Shown here in pieces: positions 47,475-57,690 of a DNA stretch of 64,000 bases. The notes under the pieces are model-generated. The model did not search any database. It was not told where the DNA came from and was given only the letters and a program-made list of their open reading frames with translations. A program made the position numbers and the translations under genes. Location of the stretch: NCBI GenBank assembly GCA_030615855.1, contig JAUWYL010000002.1:68423-132422 (forward strand). The letters are read 5' to 3'. This stretch comes from a bacterium (GTDB lineage: Bacteria; UBP18; UBA7526). Position 1 is the first letter of the stretch; every line of letters starts with the position of its first letter.

Positions 47475-48971
47475 CTATTCACTGATTACTAAGCCCATGC
47501 TTCTTTCAAAGTTTCGTTTATAGAGGGCGATAGCATTATATAGACCCTCTGCCACCCTCTTCTGAAAATCGGGATTCCTCAACATATTCTCCTCTCTGGG
47601 GTTAGAGATGAAGGCTACCTCCACTAAGATGGAAGGCATATCCGCTCCAGATAGGACATAGAAGTGGGCCTGGTCCACTTTCCTATTTCTAATTTTCAGC
47701 TTCTTATCCAATCCCTCTTGGGCCAGGATGGCCAGCTCACTGCTTTCGTTCAAATAAGTATTGTGGGCCATATCCCACAGGATGAACTCTGCCTGGCTCA
47801 TAGCCCTTCTACTCCCCTTCTCCAATCTGATGACCGCGTTCTCACGCCTGGCTACTGCCTTGGCCTCCTCGGTCAAGGCCAGGGAATGGAAGTAGGTTTC
47901 AAAGCCTCCTCCGCGCGCTCTTCCCAGAGCGGCATTGGCATGGATGGAGATGAATAGGTCGGCCCTCTCATTATTTGCCCGCGCGGTGCGCTCCCTCAGA
48001 GGAACGAAGTAATCCCCGGTCCTGGTTAAGACCACCCTTATCCCCAGTCTCTCGCTCAAAAGCCTCTTTAATTCCTTGGCAATGGTTAAGACGACATCCT
48101 TCTCTCTCGTCCCTCCCCTACCTATGGCTCCCGGATCCTTCCCTCCATGTCCCGGATCGATGACGATGGTGGTGATCTTATAATGGGCCTTTGTGGGAGG
48201 GTTGATATCCAGAACGATGCGATTGGGATTCTTTAGGGTGAAGTCCTTGTAGGGGAGGTCCTGGATAAGTCTTACCACGATTTGGGTAGCATTGGGGAGC
48301 TGGAAGGCCTGCATATTCTTTACCCGGTCATCGTTTATCTCCAGGGATAACTCTCCCGGATTGCATTCCCCGCCATAGACATCTATAATGACCTGATCGG
48401 GGAGTTTCTTCCTCGCTTTATAACTTAAAGGCCTTAAGAGATCGATGACGATCCTTGTGGAATCGAGATAGGAGGAGTGTCTCACTCCCCGGACATTGAG
48501 CCTTCCTCCACTGACCTTCAAGATCCTCGTCTTGGGATCCCAGTCAATTCTGGCTTTTAAGATCCCGTCCAGGATCTCGCTCAGGAAGTCTATGGGCAGA
48601 AGGATGGCTCCGTTACTGAAGCGGGAGGACTGGGTGATTTTCTTGATTCTATCATTGACCATGATCTGAGAGCTGCCCACAAAGAAGATGACCTGGTCTG
48701 GTCCAGAGGTTAGAGTAACCTTCTTAGTAATGGCATCCCATTCCAGATCGAGCCGGAAGAGCTTGACCGTCTCTTTCAGGTAGACGAAGTCTATTCCCTG
48801 AAAGGTGAGGGACTTTATGGTAGCCTCTGCCTGTCCCTCATCGTAGATAACCTTTACCCCGCTCCTGGACACAGGGGCGGGGTTAATCTCCTCTTGCTGA
48901 GCTAAGAGGGGCAAGGCAATTAATGCTATGAGGGCTGTGACCACCAGCCCGATCAAAACCTTCTTCACCAT
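47475..48971 (-). CDS. N-acetylmuramoyl-L-alanine amidase, AmiC-type (N-terminal AMIN domains plus Amidase_3)
   Basis: 498 aa with a signal peptide, two AMIN-like repeats and catalytic-domain motifs (VIDPGHGGKDPGA...SIHANA). Confidence 0.8.
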   Translation of the reverse strand: MVKKVLIGLVVTALIALIALPLLAQQEEINPAPVSRSGVKVIYDEGQAEATIKSLTFQGIDFVYLKETVKLFRLDLEWDAITKKVTLTSGPDQVIFFVGSSQIMVNDRIKKITQSSRFSNGAILLPIDFLSEILDGILKARIDWDPKTRILKVSGGRLNVRGVRHSSYLDSTRIVIDLLRPLSYKARKKLPDQVIIDVYGGECNPGELSLEINDDRVKNMQAFQLPNATQIVVRLIQDLPYKDFTLKNPNRIVLDINPPTKAHYKITTIVIDPGHGGKDPGAIGRGGTREKDVVLTIAKELKRLLSERLGIRVVLTRTGDYFVPLRERTARANNERADLFISIHANAALGRARGGGFETYFHSLALTEEAKAVARRENAVIRLEKGSRRAMSQAEFILWDMAHNTYLNESSELAILAQEGLDKKLKIRNRKVDQAHFYVLSGADMPSILVEVAFISNPREENMLRNPDFQKRVAEGLYNAIALYKRNFERSMGLVISE

Positions 48972-49118
48972 TTCTCCCTCATAAAATAAACCTCATTCCA
49001 TTCGGCAAGAAGCGGATGCAGACAGATTATTACGGATGTAAACGGACTCTTTTCGCAACGATTTATTCGTTTGCATCTGCTGTCATCCGTTTGAATCTAT
49101 AATAAAATTTATTATTCC

Positions 49119-49469
49119 GTGGAGGCGAGGGGAATCGAACCCCTGTCCAGGAATATTTCTCTAAGGGCGCTACATGCTTAGCCAACATTTTTCTCTCATC
49201 CCGATCACTCCTGTTAGCAGGATTGATCGGGACCAGTTTGATGTGTTTTCATCTCCTCTTCCTCAAACAAGAGGAGGAGACTATCCTGTGTTTCTGACAC
49301 CCACATCCCATCCCACAGGCGAGATGGGAGGAGCGTGCCTGCTCTTTAGCAGACGTAAGCTAATTGCTCGTTGGCAATTAAGTTTCTGCCAAATGTTTTA
49401 CGAGTCTTTTGGCGACCTCGACATGCTCCTTTTAGATTAAATACCCCTGTCGAAACCTTTTCGCCCCCC
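49119..49469 (-). ncRNA. ssrA: tmRNA (SsrA, transfer-messenger RNA)
   Basis: The reverse complement begins GGGGGGCGAAAAGGTTTCGACAGGGG, which is the tRNA-like 5' end plus the first pseudoknot. It ends ..GGACAGGGGTTCGATTCCCCTCGCCTCCA, the T-arm and acceptor. The predicted tag ORF is GCC AAC GAG CAA TTA GCT TAC GTC TGC TAA, with its stop inside a CTGCT/AGCAG hairpin. smpB lies 160 bp upstream. Confidence 0.85.
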
Positions 49470-49480
49470 TTCTTTCTACA

Positions 49481-49640
49481 GATTATCAGTATAGACGCCA
49501 GACAAGCTGGCTAAATTCTTCGCGGTGCTCAGAATGCAGACCATCAGAATGAGAATTCAGAATATCAGATTCCATTTGGCCTTCTGATAACTGACCTTCT
49601 CCATCTGGTATTCTGGTAATCTGATACTCTTTTACTTTCC
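49481..49640. repeat. Composite dispersed repeat, copy C, including the right copy of the 56-bp inverted repeat (49481-49539)
   Basis: The inverted-repeat partner is at 46655-46710. The ATCAGAATGAGAATTCAGAATATCAGATTC module is shared with 32170-32200. Confidence 0.75.
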
Positions 49641-50087
49641 TACTCTCCTACTTTTTAGTGCTCGCTCCATCTCCCTCTGGGCAGCCTTTCTCTTCAGTCT
49701 CTCCCTCTTGTCGTACTTTTTCTTACCCTTGGCTACAGCGATCTCAACCTTCGCCTTTCCCTCCTTAAAATAGATCTTTAAGGGAATTAAGGTCAGGCCC
49801 CTCTGCGAGGTTAGACCAATTAATTTCTTTATCTCCCTTTTATGAAGGAGCAACTTTCTTGGTCGGGTGGGCTCTGGCCCCGGAATGCCCTGATGGCTAT
49901 AGGGAGCAATATGTAAGTTATATAGAAAGACCTCATTCCCCTCGGTTCTGGCGAAACTCTCCCTCAGACTTACCTTTCCCATGCGCAAGGATTTTACCTC
50001 GCTACCCTTTAATACCACTCCGGCCTCAAAACTATCCAAGATATGGTAGTTATAGAGTGCTTTTCTATTGGTGGCAACAATCTTCAT
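49632..50087 (-). CDS. smpB: SsrA-binding protein
   Basis: 151 aa: NRKALYNYHILDSFEAGVVLKGSEVKS... Confidence 0.9.
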   Translation of the reverse strand: MKIVATNRKALYNYHILDSFEAGVVLKGSEVKSLRMGKVSLRESFARTEGNEVFLYNLHIAPYSHQGIPGPEPTRPRKLLLHKREIKKLIGLTSQRGLTLIPLKIYFKEGKAKVEIAVAKGKKKYDKRERLKRKAAQREMERALKSRRVGK

Positions 50088-50182
50088 GATATTTTGTTAA
50101 TATGAAGGTGCACTTCGTTTACCCCTTCTATTAATTTTACTAATATACCATATTTCTGTTGAGATTGCAAGAGAAACAAAGA

Positions 50183-50269
50183 TGGTGCCGCGGGAGAGAT
50201 TCGAACTCTCACAACCTCACGGCCACTACGCCCTGAACGTAGCGTGTCTACCGATTCCACCACCGCGGC
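50183..50269 (-). tRNA. tRNA-Leu (anticodon CAG)
   Basis: The reverse complement is GCCGCGG TG GTGG AATCGGTAGA CACG CTACG TTCAGGG CGTAG TGGCCGTGAGGTTGTG AGAG TTCGAAT CTCT CCCGCGGC A CCA, with a long variable arm. Confidence 0.8.
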
Positions 50270-50355
50270 ATTCTTTAGGAGAAGAACCCCGCTCCTCTAT
50301 GAGGGGCGGGGTAAAGCCCTGCTCCATCTGTGTCAACATCCGTGCTAAGCTGTGT

Positions 50356-50748
50356 CTAGGTTTTGCCCTCTTCTAACTTCTTAACCTCCAAAACCTTCTC
50401 CACTGTCTTCATAATTTCCACAATGTCGAATGGCTTATGAAGACAGTCCTGAACCCCTTCGATCATGGCCTGTTCAATGAGCTCCTCCACAGAGTAACCG
50501 GTCATCATAATGGTATGGGCATTGGGATCGACCTCTTTAATTTTCTTATAGGTTTCTAAGCCATTTATTCCGGGCATCACAATATCTAAAAAGATGATAT
50601 CGAACTTACCTTTCTTCACTTCCTCTATTGCCTGATAACCATCCTTTGCTATAGTAATCTTATGTCCTCTGGTACCCAAGACTCTGGAAAAAAGATCCAG
50701 GATAACCTGCTCATCGTCAACGACCAGAATGTTTGCTCCCTGTGCCAT
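50356..50748 (-). CDS. Single-domain response regulator (CheY-like receiver)
   Basis: 130 aa with the phospho-acceptor context ILVVDDE...IIFLDIVMPGINGLE. Confidence 0.8.
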   Translation of the reverse strand: MAQGANILVVDDEQVILDLFSRVLGTRGHKITIAKDGYQAIEEVKKGKFDIIFLDIVMPGINGLETYKKIKEVDPNAHTIMMTGYSVEELIEQAMIEGVQDCLHKPFDIVEIMKTVEKVLEVKKLEEGKT

Positions 50749-50750
50749 AT

Positions 50751-52262
50751 TTATTCTCCTATTCTGCGGGCAGGCAGGATAATCCTGAACTCTGCCCCCG
50801 CCCCCTTTCTATTTCTCACCTCTATCTCTCCTCCGTGATCCTTAACAATCCCATAAGTAACAGAAAGCCCCAGGCCTACCCCCTTGCCCGGCTCCTTGGT
50901 AGTGAAGAAGGGCTCAAAGAGCTTATCCATATGCTCCTCCGGAATGCCCGAACCAGTATCTAAGAAGATGGTCTCCACCTTCTTTCCTCGGGCAATGTTC
51001 CTGGTAGTAATGAATAGCTTTCCTCCATGGGGCATGGCATCCCGGGCATTGGTCACCATATTCAAGAATACCTGCTGGAGTTGATTGAAGTTTCCCGTTA
51101 CTTTTGAGAGCTTTGGGCTCAAATTCTTTACAATCTCTATGTTCTGTAATCTAGTCTGATGATCGACTAAGGCCAAAGTGGCCTCAATTGTCTCATTAAT
51201 ATCCACTTCTCTAAATCCTCCCTTCGTCTGACGGGAGAAATTTAGTAGACCGGAGACGATCTCCTTGCAGTGGAGGGCAGCCTCTTCAATGGCCTTCAAG
51301 TCCTTATATTTCGGATCATCCTCCTTAGTATCCAATAATGCTGCCTGGGCGAAGCCCAGGATCCCTCCTAAGGGGTTATTCATTTCATGGGCTACCCCTC
51401 CTGCCAATCTTCCCACAGCAGCCATCTTCCCCGATTGGACGAGCTGCTCCTGGGTAGCCCGTAGCTCCCTATAGGCCCTCCTCAGACCCTCCTCCAACTT
51501 GGCCTTCTTTGTCACATACTCCACCAGGCTCACCGTCCCAATGATGTTATTCTCCCTATTCTTTAAGGGATGGGATCGGATGTTGATGACCACCTCCTCT
51601 TTAGCCCTAGGAGGTTGATATTTTATACTGCTACTGTGAGTGGATGATCCGGCCTCTATGATGTGGGAGAGGTTCGCCCTCCAATCGAAATCCTCTGTGG
51701 GGGGAAAGATCTCCCAAAAGTATTTCTTCAGGATCTCACTCTTCGCTAGATCAGTATGGGCCTCTAACTCCCTATTCGCTCCAGTTATCTTGCCCCATCT
51801 ATCGGTGGTGATGATCCCCTCTGTGATACTCTCTACAATATTCTCATTGTACTCCTTCAGATAGAATAATTGATTCCTGTAGCGAAGACCGATTCCGGAT
51901 ATTTTCCCCACAATAAAGGCCGCCAGGTTAAGGGAGACAACCTTTATCAAGAAGTCCCTGGTTAAGAAGGCCCCCCATCTTCCAGTAACGCTGACCAAAA
52001 CGATGGCATAGAGGATGCTCACTGTACCAGAGATTATCAAGCCCCCTCTTAGGCCATAATAGATTGCCCCTACCAGAATGGGAAGATAGTAGATGTAGAA
52101 GAAGAAGGCCCTCAGGCCATAACCCATATAGAGATACCAGGATAAGGCGATACAGACCAAGAGGGTCAAGGTCACCATCATCCTCTTGAACTGCTCTTCT
52201 GGATAGAAGATGCCCGGGACTGGTTTGGTCTTATTGGTTCTGGGGCTCATTGATTCTCCCAA
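50751..52262 (-). CDS. Membrane-bound sensor histidine kinase (TM region, PAS-like, HisKA, HATPase_c)
   Basis: 503 aa with about 4 N-terminal TM helices, an H-box (VAHEMNNPL) and N, G1 and G2 boxes (NARDAM..DTGSGIP..GKGVGLGL). Confidence 0.8.
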   Translation of the reverse strand: MGESMSPRTNKTKPVPGIFYPEEQFKRMMVTLTLLVCIALSWYLYMGYGLRAFFFYIYYLPILVGAIYYGLRGGLIISGTVSILYAIVLVSVTGRWGAFLTRDFLIKVVSLNLAAFIVGKISGIGLRYRNQLFYLKEYNENIVESITEGIITTDRWGKITGANRELEAHTDLAKSEILKKYFWEIFPPTEDFDWRANLSHIIEAGSSTHSSSIKYQPPRAKEEVVINIRSHPLKNRENNIIGTVSLVEYVTKKAKLEEGLRRAYRELRATQEQLVQSGKMAAVGRLAGGVAHEMNNPLGGILGFAQAALLDTKEDDPKYKDLKAIEEAALHCKEIVSGLLNFSRQTKGGFREVDINETIEATLALVDHQTRLQNIEIVKNLSPKLSKVTGNFNQLQQVFLNMVTNARDAMPHGGKLFITTRNIARGKKVETIFLDTGSGIPEEHMDKLFEPFFTTKEPGKGVGLGLSVTYGIVKDHGGEIEVRNRKGAGAEFRIILPARRIGE

Positions 52263-52382
52263 AATAACGGCGCGCTTCGCTCTCCGCCGTCTTTTACTTA
52301 TTGAAGTTCCGATACCTTAAAATAGAAAAGTGATACAATATTTATCTTAACCTAGATAGTTTATCACATTTTTCTGAAGAAA

Positions 52383-55238
52383 TCAAGCCAGAATTTTCTT
52401 TAGGAGTTGTCCCGTGTAGGATTCCTTTTTTCTGGCCACCTCTTCTGGGGTGCCAGAGGCAACAATAAAGCCCCCCTCCTCTCCTCCCTCTGGCCCCAGA
52501 TCAATGATGTAGTCTGGGGTCTTTATCACTTCCGGATTATGCTCAATGACTAAGACCGTATTCCCGGCGTCAACCAAGCGATTGAGAACATCCAATAGTT
52601 TCTGAATATCGGCAAAGTGAAGTCCGGTGGTTGGTTCATCTAAGATATAGAAGGTCTTGCCCGTGCTTCTCTTAGAAAGTTCTGTGGCCAACTTTACCCG
52701 CTGGGCCTCTCCCCCAGATAGGGTGGTGGCGCTCTGGCCCAATTTCATATATCCCAATCCTACATCGTATAAGGTCTGTAACTTATGCTTGATCTTGGGG
52801 ATATTCTTGAAGAATTTTAAGGCCTCCTCAACGATCATATCTAAGACATCTGCGATACTCTTTCCCTTATACCTGATCTCCAAGGTCTCCCTATTGAACC
52901 TCTGCCCCTTACAGACCTCGCAGGAGACATAGACATCGGGCAAGAAGTGCATCTCGATCTTTATTATCCCTTCCCCCTGACAGGCCTCACACCTTCCTCC
53001 TTTCACATTAAAGCTAAACCTCCCCGGCCTATATCCCCTCATCTTGGATTCTGGAATCTGGGAGAATAGTTCTCTAACGGGGGTGAAGACCCCGGTATAG
53101 GTTGCTGGGTTAGAACGCGGGGTCCTTCCAATGGGATCCTGGGTAATGATGATTACCTTATCAATATTCTCCAGGCCCTCTATTCTGTCGTGCTCCCCAG
53201 CCCTTTCCTTTGACTTATAAAACTTATTCGCCAGGGCGCGATATAGGGTCTCATCTACCAGGGTGGATTTTCCGCTTCCCGATACTCCAGTAATACAGAC
53301 AAATACACCCAAGGGGATGGGAACCTTTATATTCTTTAGGTTGTGCTCCCTAGCACCTACAATAGTCAGATACTTCCCTTTCACCTTTCTTCTCTTTTTC
53401 GGCACCTCAATCTTCAACTCTCCTTTAAGATATCTTCCGGTGAGAGACCTCTTGCATCTCATGATCTTCTCTACTGATCCCGTGACTACTACCTCTCCCC
53501 CATGCCTCCCGGCACCTGGACCCAGATCGATGATGTGATCTGCAGACCTTATGGTCGCCTCATCATGCTCTACTACCAGGATGGTGTTCCCCAAGTCTCT
53601 TAAGGCCTTCAGGGTGCTCAATAATCTCCTATTATCCCTCTGATGGAGGCCAATGGAGGGTTCATCCAAAATATATAATACACCCACCAGTCCACTCCCT
53701 ATCTGGGTGGCAAGCCTGGTCCTTTCACCTTCACCCCCCGATAGGGTTCCCGCCATCCTATCGATGGTAAGGTAATCCAATCCCACATTGACTAAAAAGT
53801 TCAACCTCTCTCTTATCTCCTTGATTACCTCTTTTCCGATCAAGGCCTCTTTCCGGCTCAACTTTAAACTATTAAAGAACCTCAAGGCTTGCTTAATACT
53901 TAAGACGCAGACTTCGGCAATGGACTTCCCTCCCACGGTAACCGCCAGGCTCTCCGGCTTCAGCCTGGCTCCCTTACAGTCCGGGCAGGAACGGGTTCTC
54001 ATATACTTATTCCTTATCTCTTCTCTCACATACTCTGATTCCGTCTGATGGTACCTTCTTTCAAGTTGAGTAATTATCCCTTCAAATGGACGATAGAACT
54101 CCCTGGTTGTCCCATGCATCTCTAAACGGAAGTCGAGATAATCCTCACCCGAGCCATAGAGAAGGATGTCTCTCTGTTTCCTTTTTAAGTTCTTCCAAGG
54201 GGCGTGAAGACTGAAGTCATAATGCTCTGCCACAGTCTCTAACTGCTGAAAGTAGTACCTCTCTGCAGCATACTTCCACTTATGCCTCCTGGTAGTGATG
54301 GGCTCGCTCCAGGGAAGAATGGCTCCCTCATAGACAGAGAGATTCCTATCAGGAACCACTAAATCCGGGTCCACCTCCATCCTTATCCCCAACCCATCGC
54401 ATCCCGAACAGGCTCCATAAGGGGAGTTAAAGGAGAACATCCTAGGGGATAATTCCCCAAAACTTATCCCACATTTTATACAAGCGAAGTGTTCACTAAA
54501 TAAAAGTTCAGATTTCCGATTTTTGATTTTTATTACTACGATCCCCTTCCCCAGCTTCAGGGCAGTCTCCACAGAGTCAGCGAGCCTGGATTTTATTCCC
54601 TTCTTTACTATTAGCCTATCTACAATAACCTCAATATCGTGTTTCTTATACCTATCCAAAGAGGGAACCTCTGCTAAGTCATAGACCTTACCATTCACTC
54701 GGGCCCTCACATACCCTTCTCTTTGAATATCTTCAAATAATTTTTTATATTCTCCCTTCCTTCCTCTTATTAGAGGGGCTAATATCTGAATCCTGGTTCC
54801 CTCTGGTAATTCCAATATTCGGTCGGTAATCTCTTGTGCTGTCTGGGGAGAGATCTCCCTTCCGCACTTAGGGCAGTGGGGCTTGCCGATCCGGGCAAAG
54901 AGCAGTCTCAGATAATCGTAGATCTCAGTCATGGTTCCCACAGTTGATCTGGGATTTGCTCCGGCCTTTCTCTGCTCAATGGCAATGGCCGGGGAGAGGC
55001 CTTCAATGGATTCCACATTGGGCTTCTTCAACTGCTCTAGGAACTGTCGGGCGTAGGCAGAGAGGCTCTCTACATACCTCCTCTGCCCCTCAGCATAGAG
55101 GGTATCGAAAGCCAAAGAACTCTTTCCAGAACCCGAGAGTCCAGTGATGACCACCAGCTTATTCCTGGGAATTTTAAGGTTGATATTTTTGAGGTTATGT
55201 TCCTTTGCTCCTTTTATGATAATCGCTTCCCTTCTCAT
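52383..55238 (-). CDS. uvrA: Excinuclease ABC subunit A
   Basis: It has two ABC ATPase modules (GLSGSGKSS; GVSGSGKST) and Zn-finger Cys clusters. The start is probably [10 protein letters not shown] at 55238, giving an ATGA overlap with the upstream small ORF. Confidence 0.9.
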   Translation of the reverse strand: MRREAIIIKGAKEHNLKNINLKIPRNKLVVITGLSGSGKSSLAFDTLYAEGQRRYVESLSAYARQFLEQLKKPNVESIEGLSPAIAIEQRKAGANPRSTVGTMTEIYDYLRLLFARIGKPHCPKCGREISPQTAQEITDRILELPEGTRIQILAPLIRGRKGEYKKLFEDIQREGYVRARVNGKVYDLAEVPSLDRYKKHDIEVIVDRLIVKKGIKSRLADSVETALKLGKGIVVIKIKNRKSELLFSEHFACIKCGISFGELSPRMFSFNSPYGACSGCDGLGIRMEVDPDLVVPDRNLSVYEGAILPWSEPITTRRHKWKYAAERYYFQQLETVAEHYDFSLHAPWKNLKRKQRDILLYGSGEDYLDFRLEMHGTTREFYRPFEGIITQLERRYHQTESEYVREEIRNKYMRTRSCPDCKGARLKPESLAVTVGGKSIAEVCVLSIKQALRFFNSLKLSRKEALIGKEVIKEIRERLNFLVNVGLDYLTIDRMAGTLSGGEGERTRLATQIGSGLVGVLYILDEPSIGLHQRDNRRLLSTLKALRDLGNTILVVEHDEATIRSADHIIDLGPGAGRHGGEVVVTGSVEKIMRCKRSLTGRYLKGELKIEVPKKRRKVKGKYLTIVGAREHNLKNIKVPIPLGVFVCITGVSGSGKSTLVDETLYRALANKFYKSKERAGEHDRIEGLENIDKVIIITQDPIGRTPRSNPATYTGVFTPVRELFSQIPESKMRGYRPGRFSFNVKGGRCEACQGEGIIKIEMHFLPDVYVSCEVCKGQRFNRETLEIRYKGKSIADVLDMIVEEALKFFKNIPKIKHKLQTLYDVGLGYMKLGQSATTLSGGEAQRVKLATELSKRSTGKTFYILDEPTTGLHFADIQKLLDVLNRLVDAGNTVLVIEHNPEVIKTPDYIIDLGPEGGEEGGFIVASGTPEEVARKKESYTGQLLKKILA

Positions 55239-55600
55239 CTTATTAAACTCCAGGCGATAGTCAATACTATCCCAATCCCGAAGAGGCAACCCGACATCTT
55301 TCCCATGGAACTCCCCAGGGGGGTACGTGCTTGCTCTATTCCGCGTCTCTTTAAAACCTCGGCAACCTTTCCTTTAAATAACCCAGCGAAGGCATCAGTA
55401 ATGGCATCTCCTGCTGCCCCTCCCACAATGGCCCCCAATACTCCAGCAAAACTCGCCCCGATCAAAGCAGCAATACCTAAAATTCCGGTATCTATGGTGC
55501 CGAAAACGATATCGGCTGCTACAGTATTTATCTTTCTCTTTGCTAAAGCCAAGGGAATCCAGGGAAGGAACCCTAAAGCGATTAGTGCCGGACCGATCAA
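55235..55600 (-). CDS. Small glycine-zipper-rich membrane protein (hypothetical)
   Basis: 121 aa, highly hydrophobic, with GxxxG/A arrays ([28 protein letters not shown]). It is translationally coupled to uvrA. The C-terminal approximately 20 aa of the call lie in an alternative frame over the uvrA start region and may be an artefact. Confidence 0.35.
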   Translation of the reverse strand: MIGPALIALGFLPWIPLALAKRKINTVAADIVFGTIDTGILGIAALIGASFAGVLGAIVGGAAGDAITDAFAGLFKGKVAEVLKRRGIEQARTPLGSSMGKMSGCLFGIGIVLTIAWSLIR

Positions 55601-55611
55601 GACCTTATAAT

Positions 55612-55650
55612 ATCTATATTAGACGAGGCAAACAAAGTGCGTCGTCATTC
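55612..55650. repeat. Dispersed module TTAGACGAGGCAAACAAAGTGCGTCGTCAT (partner at 32232-32262)
   Basis: 24 of 27 nt are identical to the copy at 32235. Confidence 0.65.
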
Positions 55651-55735
55651 TGGATGGTAAAAGAGATGACGCTGATAATAACAATGCTTAGGATAATTAC
55701 ATTCAATAAAGAGGCTCGGAAGGAATCAAACCTCA

Positions 55736-56815
55736 TTAGTATGCTCCCGAAAGTAGATGAGGATTACCTATCCTCACCTTCTTTAATCCCGCTTCTAAGG
55801 CAACCTCCCGGCATCTATAGGCGTGTTCCCTAGAAGTAGTAGGCAGATCCTTCATATAGAAGTGAGGGTAGAAACCAAGTAGAGAATAGGGAATATCTGG
55901 ATTCAATTTAGCAATGAAGTTAGCGATGTTCCTAACCTCTTTTTTGTCAACATATCCGGGGACAAGTAGGGTGCTGGCGATTAAGAAAGGGGGCTTCGGC
56001 CTCTCCTCAATCAGTTTAGATAGAGATACAAAGTTTCTTAGAGTCTGCCTATTGCTCACACTGGTCAACGCAATATGGAGGTTCTCATCCCAGGCCTTCA
56101 AATCAAACTTTATGCATCCCCCGCTCTCTAAGCTCAATCTGGCCGCCTTCTCTAAGAGCTCGGGATTCATGCTCCCATTCGTCTCAAAGCAGATCCTCAG
56201 GTTTCCCTTCTTCTCCAGGGCTAACTTAGAGGCCTCTAAGGCATGGGCTAATTGAGGAGTGGGATCTCCTCCGAAGTAGCAGATACAGGCCACTCTCTCA
56301 TTCACCGCATCGACTAGTTCCTGGGCGCTTCGTAGGTTCATCTTAGAGAGTAGATTCCGATAGTGCCAATTCTGGCAGAAGAGACAGTTATAGGTGCAGG
56401 CGCCATAGAAGACGGCTAGGTTAGAGCAGCCGATCTTTTTACTTCCCTCACAGACCCAGTCAGCAACGCAGTTCGTAGGCAGGGAATCATAATACCACTC
56501 TACCACCGCCCCCTCTTTGGTCCCTGCTAAGTTGATTAACTTTCCTTTTTTATTCAAGCGCAGTCCGCAGTAGCCTTTTTCTCCCTCTCCGATCTGGCAT
56601 TCATTAATGCAGATCCGACATTTTATTCCTTCTGGATTTCTCGGTGGCTCTAAGGGAAGATGAAAGACCTCTCTGGCTTTAATATGTAGTCTCTTTATCT
56701 GGGGCAGAACCTCATCTGGAAATTTCCTAATGCAATCTACACAGTAGCCTATATTCTGAGAGATTAGTTCACTCTTCTCACACCTCTTGCATTTTACTTC
56801 TTCTCTTCCTTCCAT
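55736..56815 (-). CDS. AmmeMemoRadiSam-system radical SAM enzyme (PflA-like activase family)
   Basis: 359 aa with the CxxxCxxC motif (CTYNCLFCQNW) and an additional N-terminal Cys-rich region. Confidence 0.7.
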   Translation of the reverse strand: MEGREEVKCKRCEKSELISQNIGYCVDCIRKFPDEVLPQIKRLHIKAREVFHLPLEPPRNPEGIKCRICINECQIGEGEKGYCGLRLNKKGKLINLAGTKEGAVVEWYYDSLPTNCVADWVCEGSKKIGCSNLAVFYGACTYNCLFCQNWHYRNLLSKMNLRSAQELVDAVNERVACICYFGGDPTPQLAHALEASKLALEKKGNLRICFETNGSMNPELLEKAARLSLESGGCIKFDLKAWDENLHIALTSVSNRQTLRNFVSLSKLIEERPKPPFLIASTLLVPGYVDKKEVRNIANFIAKLNPDIPYSLLGFYPHFYMKDLPTTSREHAYRCREVALEAGLKKVRIGNPHLLSGAY

Positions 56816-56881
56816 AGCTCCTTTCCATATAACAGGCTAAAGACCTCACCCCTAAGGAATCAGAAGCAATAGGTGTAACTT

Positions 56882-57571
56882 TCATCCCAATCTCCCGATA
56901 CTCCTTATAATCTGCATAATTAGTCCGCTGAATAGAGGAATAGTTAGGTTATCCTTCCTTCCTGGTGAGAAGAGTTCCACGATTGAAGCAGCAAGAGCAC
57001 CGATAAAGAGAATGCCAAAACTTAACTTTAGTCTCAAGACTAAGAGAATCATTCCTATTAAAAGGCAGGCGAAAAGGGACCCTAAACCTCCTTCCAAGCT
57101 TTTTCCTTTTATTCTAATCCTTCCATATCTCTTTCCCACAATGGATGCCGCTAAGTCTCCACAGGCCACGAAACATAGGCTGGCGATGGCGATTCCCTTC
57201 TCAAATAATAGAACGGAAAGAAAAGCACCAGAGATGTAATAAGGATTACCGGAGAATCTATTCCTCTCTTCTTCCTTAATAATCCCTCCTAAATATTTCA
57301 GTGTCCACTGGTTAAATCTTGGATAACAAAGACGAAGAAGATCAGCCAAAAAGAAAAAGATAAAGAAAATCGCAAAGATAATAAGGGAGATCTTTTTATC
57401 CGTGAAATAATAGATTAGAGGAAGAAGTAGTCCTCCTAGAAGATGCCATAGATAACGTAGTGGTTTATTCAAAATATTACCTCTCTTAGTTTTTAGTATA
57501 CTATAATGTCTTGAAAAAGGCAAACTTGTCCCGTTGATAATTTCATATCTACGGGGCTTGCTATTCTTCAT
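56882..57571 (-). CDS. CTP-transferase/polyprenol-kinase-like membrane protein (CdsA/dolichol kinase family)
   Basis: It is multi-TM with a C-terminal GDLAASIVGKRYGRIRI signature. The true start is probably an internal TTG near 57472, preceded by AGAGAGG. The upstream track extension is translation of the 30-bp hairpin motif. Confidence 0.5.
   Translation of the reverse strand: MKNSKPRRYEIINGTSLPFSRHYSILKTKRGNILNKPLRYLWHLLGGLLLPLIYYFTDKKISLIIFAIFFIFFFLADLLRLCYPRFNQWTLKYLGGIIKEEERNRFSGNPYYISGAFLSVLLFEKGIAIASLCFVACGDLAASIVGKRYGRIRIKGKSLEGGLGSLFACLLIGMILLVLRLKLSFGILFIGALAASIVELFSPGRKDNLTIPLFSGLIMQIIRSIGRLG
57528..57557. promoter_or_regulatory. Second copy of the 30-bp hairpin motif (GTCCCGT-TGATAATTTCATATCT-ACGGGGC), about 55 bp upstream of the probable start of the CdsA-like gene
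   Basis: Same architecture as the copy at 40983-41012. Downstream, on the gene strand, it is followed by TTGCCT..TATAGTATACT promoter-like hexamers and an AGAGAGG RBS. Confidence 0.45.
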
Positions 57572-57690
57572 TTCACGTGGTATGATGCATCGGTGAACAG
57601 TGTTACTGAAGGTTAACCGTTTACCCGCTCCCCCGATACATCGGGGTCGCTGTTTACCGTTTACCGTAAACGATCATTCTAAACTGAAGG

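Noticed and set aside
46655-49539. IR-flanked 2.8-kb segment read as a composite transposon or genomic island
   Set aside because: It contains no transposase or integrase, only housekeeping genes (gerMN-like, amiC, ssrA), and the inverted repeats belong to a wider dispersed repeat family. It is kept as a finding only as a possible inversion substrate.
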